From: Amoebophrya sp. A120
Lineage: Eukaryota; Protista; Dinoflagellata
Reading direction: 5' to 3'
Assembly (NCBI GenBank): GCA_905178155.1
Contig: CAJINV010000005.1
Span: 5,665,379-5,729,378, forward strand
DNA: 64,000 bases
The notes beneath the pieces were generated by a model. That model was not told the origin of the DNA and searched no databases. It saw nothing but the letters and a program-made list of their open reading frames with translations. Positions 12,301-21,659 of this stretch are shown piece by piece (within the stretch, counting starts at the first letter, position 1; each line of letters begins with the position of its first letter). Position numbers and translations under genes: made by a program.

Positions 12301-15300
12301 GCAGAAGTATCGTACTCGTGGTAATTGCAGATATGCATCACAAATTTTTTTCTCAAGGTAAATCAGCATTACAAATTTCATTTCTCATTCTCATGCTGAG
12401 GAAATTTGTAATGCATTTATACGAGTGCGATACTTTTGCAGTTCATAGCACCACCTTCTCGACGTCCTCTTCCTCCAAAAAACTTGCAAAAGTCGCTTCC
12501 TCCCCTGGGCCGCTGCGGAGTTGTGCGGGCGGCCGGAAAAATTATATACAGCCGAAGACGTCGGGGTCAGCGCACACCAACAGCAGTGGGACGACGAGTG
12601 TTGCCGGCCGCGGTCCTGGGGCAGCTGTTCTTTCAGCTGATGTGCGGAGCAAACAGAAGAACGTGGCTTTTTCAACAGCAGGAGCGACGGGCGGAGCACA
12701 TCATCAAAACGACGCGGCGGTAATACCTTTGCAGGTCTCGTCAGAAGGTGTATTGGATTGCTCACCCAACTACGCTACCAAGGACCCGGAACAAGTTCCT
12801 CCTCCTGCGCATCAAGCTGATAAAAAGCACATGACCGAACAACAGGAAGAATCAAACAGCAGCCACCAGCCCTTGATAAACAACATGAACAAACCCCACT
12901 TACGACTGATCAAATCACACCGCATGGTGGGTTTGTTCACCCTCGTTTTCATCAACACGAAAAAAATCCCGACCTCTGCCATCCACTCTTGCACGAGTTG
13001 CCAACATAAATTAGGCTTCTTCAACGGCTTACTGGGGAACAAAGGGGCCATTTGCGTCCGCTTGACGCTGCAGATGCCCGGAGTGGTACGGACACAAGTA
13101 TTAAGACCGCTCCGCCTCGCGTTTTTCAGTTTCCATCTCCACGCCGGGGAAGTATCCAGGAAAAAACACCCATCCCCATCCAATTTGTCATGCAAAACAT
13201 GCATAATTTGCAGCGTTTTTCATTTTCATGCAAAAAATGGATGCGGATGGTTTTTTCTTCTCGATAGGATGGCTTGAACGCGTATAAACAGAGGCTGAAC
13301 GGCTTGAAAGAGGTGTTCGGGGACAAGAGTTGTATCTCCACTACCCAGGAGGGAGGCGAAGAACACGCCGAAGAGTCGCTGGTGCTCAACCGAGCGTCTG
13401 TGACGTCAGCGTCGGGCAGGACTGTAGGTAGAAGTTCTGGTGTGGTCCAGCAAGGGGCACCAGGGAGCTCAAACAACGGCGAGGGTACTCAAACAACTGG
13501 CAATCCGTTGTTTGAATACGAGCGGTCATGTGACTATCGCAGGAAAAAGCGTTAACGTTAACGGATGAATTTTTTGTATATGCAAACACGCATGCCTATG
13601 CGTGCCATTGTCATTGCCGGAAAAAATGGAACTTGTATTCGCCATTTTTGCGTAGCATGTAATGTAGTAGAGAAAATGAAAATCATCATGTCATGTCCTT
13701 TAGGCTGAAGACCGTTAATAGCGTTAGCACTTTTCTGTTTGATACTGACTTCGCGTTTTTCAGTGGGGATTTCAATTTCCGCTGTATGCCGGTTAATCAA
13801 GATTATTTGCTGCAGGAGGATCATAATTTTGAAGGAGAAGGACATCTTGAAGGGCACCAGGAGCACGTGCACGCAAGCGGCCCGGGGAGCGAAATTCACC
13901 ATGCTAGTAAAAACCTCCACCAGGTAGATCTTCAGGAAGAGGCCCTTTGCGGCTCCGCCGGTAATTTTTGCTGCTCGAACACCAGTAATTGCTGCTCCGA
14001 AAGCACGTTATCAAAGGAGACGGTAAGTGACTTCTGTGCGGTAGGCGGAGCTGGAGGTGGAGCCGCAACGACCTCAAGTTCTATCACAGGAAATAGTGTT
14101 AACGTTAACGGAATTTGTGATGCAGAAACGCATCCCAAAACGTGCCAACCTTTGTCATGCATAGCATGCATACTAGGCAAAATTTGTCATGCATTTTTGC
14201 AATCTATGAAAACCGTTAATGTTGCCACTTTTTCCTGTGATAAGTTCAGGATACGTCACATCGTCGTGTGACGAGGAACAGTCCTCCTCTTTACGACAAT
14301 GCACAACTCCCTCTCCCCATCATTTGTCATGTAAAATACCAAGTCCACCCTTTCCCCTTTTGCGCGGCTTGCATGACAGATTCCGGAAGCCGAAACAGCT
14401 CTAGAATCGGTCCCCCTTTTGTCATGCAAAAGCTGTATGTATGCCACGACTTGCGTTGCTGCTAGCTTATGCCATTCAACAAATGAGGGGGAAGGGGAGT
14501 TGTGCACTCTCATAGCCCTCTCTTCAGGATAACGACAGCAGCTGCAGCTCTCGTTTCACACTGCGGAATTACAGCACGGCAAAGTTTTTATCGCAGCCGA
14601 GATTTTCATCTGTAGCGCTCCAGAATCTCAGTGATGTGGAGCAGGAGCTAGAGCTACACTCTGCGGGTGCGGTGAATCATGCTGCACAACAACCTCGTCT
14701 CCCGCCTCTCGCGGCTGTGGTGCAGAAGAAGCACTACAAAGACGATGATAAAGAAATCGAAACGCATCCAGATCCACCACCAGCTCACCAGCACGAGCAG
14801 TCCTTGCGCGACGATGAAAACCGGCCAGGACGAGTATCCTGTGCAAAAGTATCGTATTCGTATTGCAATTATGCATTACAATTTTTTTCCGAAAGCTAAA
14901 TCCGCATTACAAATTTTGTTTCTCATGGAAATCGAAATTTGTATTGCATTTATACGAGTACTACGATACTTTTGCAGTTCATAACGAGTAGCAGGTGCCA
15001 AGAACTCAACAGAGGCAGCCGCAGCCAACCCATCTTCTGCAGACCCCCGGGCAGTGGAGGATTTTGATTTCGCATTTTTTCACGAGCTTTTTCACTGCGA
15101 GCCGGTGATTACCCCCGTTTTGAGCTCCTGGCACAAAAACTACGGGAGCAGCAGCTTTAACGACAATCACAAGAGCGCAGAACTTGTCCACAAAATCACA
15201 ATGCACGACGAGCAAGCGTTGCAAAACTTCGAAGCCGAAGACGAGACGCTGGTGAAAATCGTGGTGCCAGACTGGGTAAGCATTGCAAAAGTAGCGTTAT

Positions 15301-18300
15301 TGCATACTAGTAGAAATCGCATGACAAATTTTTCCAGAAGGAAAAACGGAATTTGAGATGCAGATTCAGATAAAAGACTAGATCTGTAATGCAGCAAGGC
15401 TACAATTTATACGAGCGCGATACTTTTGCACAGCATACTGGGTGCCGCACGCATTTCTTTTGAACTTTGCTCTGGACAAGATGCGAAAACTCGGAAAGAA
15501 CTACTTTACACTGCTACAGGAGCAGCCAGCACCGGACGAGCAGGAGGTGCTGCAAGAATATTACACACTAGAGGAGCATCCACGCAATGAACAAATAAAT
15601 GAGCAGGTAATACATCAACTAGCGGGTAGAAGTCCTCGTGAAGACAACTTAGCAATCGACGAAGAAGTCATCGAGATAATCGAAGACGACGAGGACTTTT
15701 ACAACCACGACGACCCGGTGGCCGTCGAAACAGATGACCACGGGATCCACTTTGGCCGAGCGACCCGCAGCGTGGATCATTCTTGCGCCGGTTTAGACAG
15801 TTGTTTCGCAGGAGGACCACGAAGTGGAGGTGGAATATATCATGACACGCATGACGAAAAAATGTTGAAAGAGGACAGCACGACCACCGTTTGGGCAGGT
15901 GGTAAAGAACGCGACAGGCGGTGCCGACCCGTCCGAAGCAGGCGGTCCAGCTGGGCGTCAAGCGGGGATGTAGTGCACCACGAGCCAAATGACAGCACAG
16001 AGAACGATCCGCATCGTGATGGTGCTGAGGGGATGAACCAACATGATCCGCACAAAAATACGTCGTATCCGAAGCCGCGCCGCACATCGAAGAGCAACAC
16101 GCCACAGAAAACGAAAAGTGGCGGCAGGTGGGACCACGACCAGGAGTTGCGAAACTGCAGAGCAGCGGAAGTAATAGATTTTGGCAAGAAGCCCAAGCTC
16201 CCACGGTGTAGCAACGGAAAGAAGAACCGCTGGTTTGATACTGAACGGCGGGAGGGCCGAGCTAACGGAACCGCAGGTTTGAAAAATAGTAACCTCCCAC
16301 CTCGAGGTGCTGAAAATATCAAGAACAGGCACCAAATGTTGAACAGAAGGACCACCAGCCGCGACATTTTCCTCTATCTTTCCGCCCAGCAAGGCGCTTT
16401 TTACGTCCGGGATCTGGAAAACTCCGCGGTGAAATGTATGACACCCTCAGAATAGAAATCCTCAAAGTGGAAATGATCTGTGATGCATGAAATGCAAGGC
16501 AAAAAAGACTGTATTGCAGAGGACACAATGGAGACCGACTATTGTCCTGCTAGGGGTTCAGAATTGGGCTGCTGATTAGCACGAGAGAAGGGCACCCTTT
16601 TGCCTACCTAGCATGACAGACATGCTTTGAGTGCCCGGAAAATTTGTGATGCGCCCACTAGAAATGGCGCTTCAACTGGAGTTGTTTTTTTGCATTGCAA
16701 ATTATTTCCACTTTGAGGATTTCCAACCTGAGGCTTTCATAAAATGCGCGGAAATTTTTCAGCAGCTGCAGAAAACAGCGACGTCTATTGCAGGAGGAGG
16801 AGCATCAGCTACAACAACTTCTAGATCAAGCTCATCCAAGATGAACACGAAAGGGATGAAACAAGACGACGCGGCGACGGGAGCAGTTTCTGCTCATGCA
16901 CCAGTGTCGACTATAACCACAACTGTAGGTGGAAGTCGCGGCTCTCCCAGTCCGCGCAACCTACTCAAGAACAAGAGTAAGCAGCTCATCCTGAAAGAGT
17001 ACGGAAAAAGAGACGAGTTCCGGATCGCGAGCAGCATCTTTCGAAAACAGTTTATCCAACGAAGAAGATTGTTGTAGGTGTAAGTTTGTGATGCGCAAGA
17101 ACATGTACGATGATTGCGTCTGTCATGCTCGTCATGCATTGTAGCGTTGCGTCAATTCAGCTTCTGCGTTTATTTCAGTTTCACGCGCTATCCTCGCGTG
17201 ACAGCTTGAGCTTTTTGCTGATTCATGCCAGACTGCCAGATTTGTAAAAATGCTGGCACACGACCAATAAAAAAGTTACACCTACAGTCACAGTCTTTTT
17301 TTTTCTTGGATACAGTTTCAATTTCAAGAGCCTGAGATATGCTTTCTTCCGAGCTACAAGTTCAAGATATGGATGTGTCAGGTTTGAAATCGTCAAAGTT
17401 GAAATTGTTTGCCATGCATAAAACGGATACCAGTTAGACCTACAGTCTGTAGTCGGTGCATGACAAATATTTCCGGTCCTGGAAACGAGTCTGTCATGCG
17501 GCTTAGGGCAAAAGAGCTGCCTTCTGCCATGCTACTCAGCAGTCCAACCCTTAACCCTTACCAGGGCTATAATCTGCCTCCCGTGCGTCCTCTGCAATAG
17601 AGTTGCTTTCTGTGTCGCATTTTATGCATGACAAATCATTTCAACTTTGACGATTTCAATCCTGACACCCCCATACAAGAAAACCGAACAGTACAGCACC
17701 GAACGGGCGTATGACACCCTCAGAATGGAAATCCTCAAAGTGGAAATAATTTGTGATGCATGAAATGCGACACCAAAAAGACTGTATTGCAGAGAGCGCA
17801 ACGGAGGCCGACTATTGTGCTTCTACGGGTTCAGAATTGGTCTGCTGATTAAGTAGCATGAGAGAAGGGCGCCCCTTTGCCTAACTAGCACGACAGACAC
17901 GTTTTGAGTGCCCGCGAAATTTGTCACGCGCCGACTATAAATGGTGCTCCAACTGGAGTAGTTTTTTTGCATTGCAAATTATTTTCAGTTTGCGGATTTC
18001 CAACCTGAGGCTTTCATAGGGCGCCGAGCTGGTGCGATCGGGTGCTGTATTACTGCAAGGGTGATTTGATTTCGCCAAAAAATGATTATCGTGGATTTTA
18101 CAAATACAATCCCTTCCTGTACCGTGCGGTAGAAAACGCGGAGGTTTTGCAAAGCGACCATCGGTATCAACTGCAAATAATATGCCTGGGTCTGGAAGAG
18201 TGGAACTTGTAATGCTGTCTGCGGATTCTAAAAATGTCTGTGTTGCATGAGCAGCAAGAGGAGTCAGCTCTTGGCACGCGAAGAGGGGACTTCTCATGCG

Positions 18301-19150
18301 TATTCGTATATGAGCATCAAGAAGCAGCTGAAGCTCGTCTCAAAAAATCTGTGATGCTAGCACCAGCATCACCGACCTCACGGGTCATGCAAAGTGTGCA
18401 TGACAAGCCCCGACTCTTCCAGACCCAGACATTTTTGCAATGCATAATCGGGCGGTAATTCAGTACGGAAAGCTTGAGCTAGTAGGTCGTCGTATCATGA
18501 TGGCGGCGGGGGATGTCTACAAAACGGATCAAAGTCCATCTTCGCAGCAAGCAACATCGGGAACCGGACCAAATTGTGGCCACGTAGCTCAAATAAATCG
18601 TACTAGAAGCAACCACGTCGAGCGGCAAGTGGAGCAGCGGCGTGACTTTGACCACTGTGGTGCTGCCGTAAACGAGGACAATTCTTGCCATGGAAAACAA
18701 CTTCTACAAACCGGTGAACTACGTCAAGGCAGCAGTAGTACTATCTGCGAAAATACCAGCGACAAGGACAAGGGCGGCACGAAGATAATTCCCGCAGTAC
18801 TCGGAACTGCAAAGGCTGTTCTTGCTTCTACTTGTCCAGAACAACTACACGCTGGCCAAGATGAGTCCGGTCCTCGGACGGGAACGCGTTTGCCAAAGTA
18901 TCCGAAGAACGTGCTTGGTAATAATGATCCAGTACCGCCGAAGATCCTCTCGAACAACAGCAACAACAAGCCGGAGTCAAGAAATATTAAACATAACCTA
19001 GGCTGCTCTACTACTTCGGAGGTGGAACAAATCGAACTAAGGAATAGAAACCCGGAAATAAATCTACCCACGACAAGCACGACCACTGGTCGCCGCACAG
19101 AAAGCAGCGCGACTTTCTACAAGAGTCCGCTCATTACCGTCTTGAAATAA
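9384..19150 (+). CDS. Inositol polyphosphate 5-phosphatase (EEP fold) with long low-complexity insertions; 15 TIR-bounded introns
   Basis: After splicing: VVSFTYNCGG, PDIVVINLQE, RMVGLFTLVF, GNKGAICVR, FHLHAG, FFSGDFNFR, EICFLPSYK, RAPSWCDRVLY and SDHRAV, the canonical IPPc motifs in order. Confidence 0.9.
10631..10938. mobile_element. Introner, family J
   Basis: TATGGTAGTGTCAGGATCGAAATCG...CTTCAATCCTGGCACTTCCATA; repeat GCAGG/GCAGG. Confidence 0.9.
11512..11649. mobile_element. Introner, family D
   Basis: TATCCAGGAAAATGAAACACCCATCC...; repeat CCGAC/CCAAC; frame restored. Confidence 0.82.
11703..11870. mobile_element. Introner, family B
   Basis: Family B TIR; repeat TTTTG/TTTTG. Confidence 0.92.
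12293..12447. mobile_element. Introner, family E
   Basis: Family E TIR; repeat GTAGC/GCACC (3/5); frame restored. Confidence 0.85.
13153..13266. mobile_element. Introner, family D
   Basis: Family D TIR; repeat GGAAG/GGATG; join gives FHLHAGE|GLNAYKQR. Confidence 0.88.
13535..13744. mobile_element. Introner, family B-like
   Basis: TATCGCAGGAAAAAGCGTTAACGTTAACGG...; repeat GTGAC/CTGAC; join gives SCD|FAFFSGDFNFR. Confidence 0.88.
14082..14242. mobile_element. Introner, family B
   Basis: Family B TIR; repeat AGTTC/AGTTC. Confidence 0.92.
14292..14514. mobile_element. Introner, family N (no clear direct repeat)
   Basis: About 36-bp TIR TACGACAATGCACAACTCCC.../...GGGAGTTGTGCACTCTCATA; internal GTCATGC motifs. 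Confidence 0.8.
14835..14983. mobile_element. Introner, family E
   Basis: Family E TIR; repeat ACGAG/ACGAG. Confidence 0.92.
15277..15437. mobile_element. Introner, family E
   Basis: Left end TAAGCATTGCAAAAGT; repeat CTGGG/CTGGG; join gives VPDWV|PHAFL. Confidence 0.9.
16437..16741. mobile_element. Introner, family I
   Basis: TATGACACCCTCAGAATAGAAATCC...GGATTTCCAACCTGAGGCTTTCATA; repeat AAATG/AAATG. Confidence 0.9.
17073..17286. mobile_element. TIR-bounded intron with TGT...ACA ends
   Basis: TGTAGGTGTAAGTTT / AAAGTTACACCTACA; internal TTTGTGATGC and GTCATGC; exact removal restores the frame into EICFLPSYK. Confidence 0.7.
17368..17675. mobile_element. Introner, family J (inverted relative to 10631)
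   Basis: About 37-bp TIR; repeat CAAGA/CAAGA. Confidence 0.92.
17710..18018. mobile_element. Introner, family I
   Basis: Close homologue of 16437; repeat GGGCG/GGGCG. Confidence 0.92.
18165..18446. mobile_element. Introner, family A
   Basis: Family A TIR; repeat ATCGG/ATCGG; join gives QSDHR|AVIQY. Confidence 0.92.
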
Positions 19151-19492
19151 TTTAGAAAGACTGGCGTGGATGAAGAATGAAGAGTATCGATTCATCGGAG
19201 AGTAGGAGAAGTTGTTGCACTGGACATCTCTACACATATGCAGCGTCGTTTGCACCAAATCTTGATGTCGAGTTCGAGCAAGAATACGAGGAATGTTGTT
19301 CTACAACAATTATTTCCTCATCTTTTTGTAATATTATTGCAGCGATTGCACAACGCGGCCTCCTCCCTAGATATCGATTGCGGTGTCGAGCTCGAGCTAT
19401 GCCCAGGAGCAGGACAAGCATAGGGTCGTGCTGCAGTTCTTGGAGCTGCTATTCATATACTTAGACTTTACCACTTTTAGGTCCACTCCCCT

Positions 19493-19560
19493 GAAGATCC
19501 TGCAAGTGAAAGATCCTGCAAGTGAAAGATCCTGCAAGCGAAAGATCCGGTTTGAAAGAT
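19493..19560. repeat. 16-bp tandem repeat (GAAAGATCCTGCAAGT), about 4 copies
   Basis: Seen directly in sequence. Confidence 0.8.
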
Positions 19561-19786
19561 CGTTGCCTAAAAGACAACCGCCTGAAAAATGACAATAAAG
19601 TAGATCCTGCATTTAACTAGCGTGATGAAATGCTCTGACAGGAGAGATGATGGTCCGGCGCCGGGCGCCTAGTAATAACCTGACAGGAGTACTAGAGATG
19701 AGGAAGCTATGCTCTGACAGGAGAGAAGATGAAGGGTCAATGACAATGAAGCGGCTCTGGTAGAAATACATGGATCAACAACCAGA

Positions 19787-20490
19787 ACTTTTTGTCTTTG
19801 CCTCAGCCGTTCTGCCGCCTAGGAGGGAATCGCTCCTCACCCGTGGGGAGGCGGTTTTTTTGGTTTTTGCGGTCATTTCGCAAGCAGCAGACGCTGCCCA
19901 ATTTTCAGAAATTGCAAGACTTTTTGTCTTTGCCTCAGCCGTTCTGCCGCGTACGAATCGCTCCTCACCCGTGGGGAGGCGGTTTTTTTGGTTTTTGCGG
20001 TCATGTCACAAGTAGTCGACGCTGCCCAATTTTCGGAAATTGCTAGACTTTTTGTCTTTGCCTCAGCCGTTCTGCCGCGTACGAATCGCTCCTCACCCGT
20101 GGGGAGGCGGTTTTTTTGGTTTTTGCGGTCATTTCTCAAGCAGCAGACGCTGCCCAATTTTCAGAAATTGGAAGACTTTTTGTCTTTGCCTCAGCCGTTC
20201 TGCCGCGTACGAATCGCTCCTCACCCGTGGGGAGGCGGTTTTTTTGGTTTTTGCGGTCATTTCTCAAGCAGCAGACGCTGCACAATTTTCAGAAATTGCA
20301 AAACTTTTTGTCTTTGCCTCAGCCGTTCTGCCGCGTGCGAATCGCTCCTCACCCGTGGGGAGGCGTTTTTTTTGGTTTTTGTGGTCTTTTTAAAAGCAGC
20401 CGACGCTGCCCAATTTCCAAAAGTTGCAAGATTTTTTGTCTTTTCCTCCGCCGTTCTGCCGGTTACGAATTGCTCCTCGGCCGCGGGGGT
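19787..20490. repeat. 128-bp tandem satellite, about 5.5 copies
   Basis: Unit starts at 19787, 19919, 20047, 20175, 20303 and 20431; high identity, degenerate at both ends. Confidence 0.92.
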
Positions 20491-20890
20491 GCGGTCCTAC
20501 AATGACAATGGGGGCGCAACTGTAGAGCTCGGTTTTAAGTGGTATCGTTGTAGGGGTGCTTATTACTGAGTGCGACCGACGTGACACTGGAAGTTAAATA
20601 CTACTAACACCAGAGCTACGCGCGTCATCAAGATCCCAGGTCGTGACACAAGAGCGATCACCTTCGCGAACAAAAGTCTGTAGTCAAGACCCAGCAGAGA
20701 GGGGAAAGAAGCAGCCGAGTCATCTGCCCAATGCTCCTTGTCGTCCCAGGGCCGCGCAAAAAAGGCCGAAAAGGCCGGGAGTTGTCGCTCTGGCGCCTAG
20801 AGGTGGGCCGCCGGCCGCTCCGGCGCCAGTTTGCCGTTTCCGGACCCTTTTCGGAACCCCCCACCCTGTTCATTCTTGAAAACCGCACAA

Positions 20891-21659
20891 TATGTACAAG
20901 ATGCATCACAAATTTCCTCAATTTGGAGTGTGAGACTTGTCATGCTGAACTAGGATCGAAGCCAAGTTCTGCCATGCACCAAAAACCGCATTTGTACGTC
21001 GTGTACGGGAAACTAACTGTGGATACTGTTCCAAAGTCGGCTTCAAAGTTTCCTCGACAAACTTGTTGAAGCAAAATTCCTGTTCCTCCCGCGTCGCAGA
21101 AGGGGGTAAAGATTTGTCGCAGTTCGTCGGGACGGAGTAAACGAGGGTGTGGTAGTAAATAGGTTTGTCATTGTCATTGTTGCTGCTGCTGTCATTATCT
21201 CCGGATGTAGTTGACTTCGTCAACGATCGTCGTGCTGTGGTTGTTAACTTGTTCGTCCCGAAGGCAATTTTCTGCAGAAAGAGCATCCACGCGGAATGGC
21301 GGGCGGAGGACGCAGTCCCAGTCGCTGCACTTGAACTAGTACTCGACTTGCCCAGCTGCCGCGCACGCAAAAATTCGGACTTTTCGTCGTCTGCGAGGTT
21401 GCTACTGCCGTCGCTGTTCTGCGTAGAAGATGATGAACTTTTGGTGGTTTTTTTCACCGCCGGCAGGATTTTATGCATTGCAAAAGTATCGTACTCGTAT
21501 AAATGCATTACAAATTTCCTCAGCATGAGAAATGAAATTTGTAATGCAGATTTGCCTTGGAAACAAGATTTGTAATGCAGGACTTGCATTTATACGAGTG
21601 CGAGTGCGATACTTTTGCACAGGATAGATTTTTCCCGGTCGTGACACAAGAGCGATCAT
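20891..21659 (-). pseudogene. Truncated - strand gene fragment (MIALVSRPGK|ILPAVKK...KPTLEQ)
   Basis: Frame restored across the 21472 introner; runs into a family L introner (about 20891-21025) that lacks its distal TIR; no further exon found. Confidence 0.5.
21472..21626. mobile_element. Introner, family E
   Basis: Family E TIR; repeat GATTT/GATTT. Confidence 0.92.

Noticed and set aside
19787-20490. CRISPR-like array and the ORFs over it
   Set aside because: Units are contiguous with no unique spacers, there are no cas genes and the context is eukaryotic. The ORFs are artefacts of the repeat.
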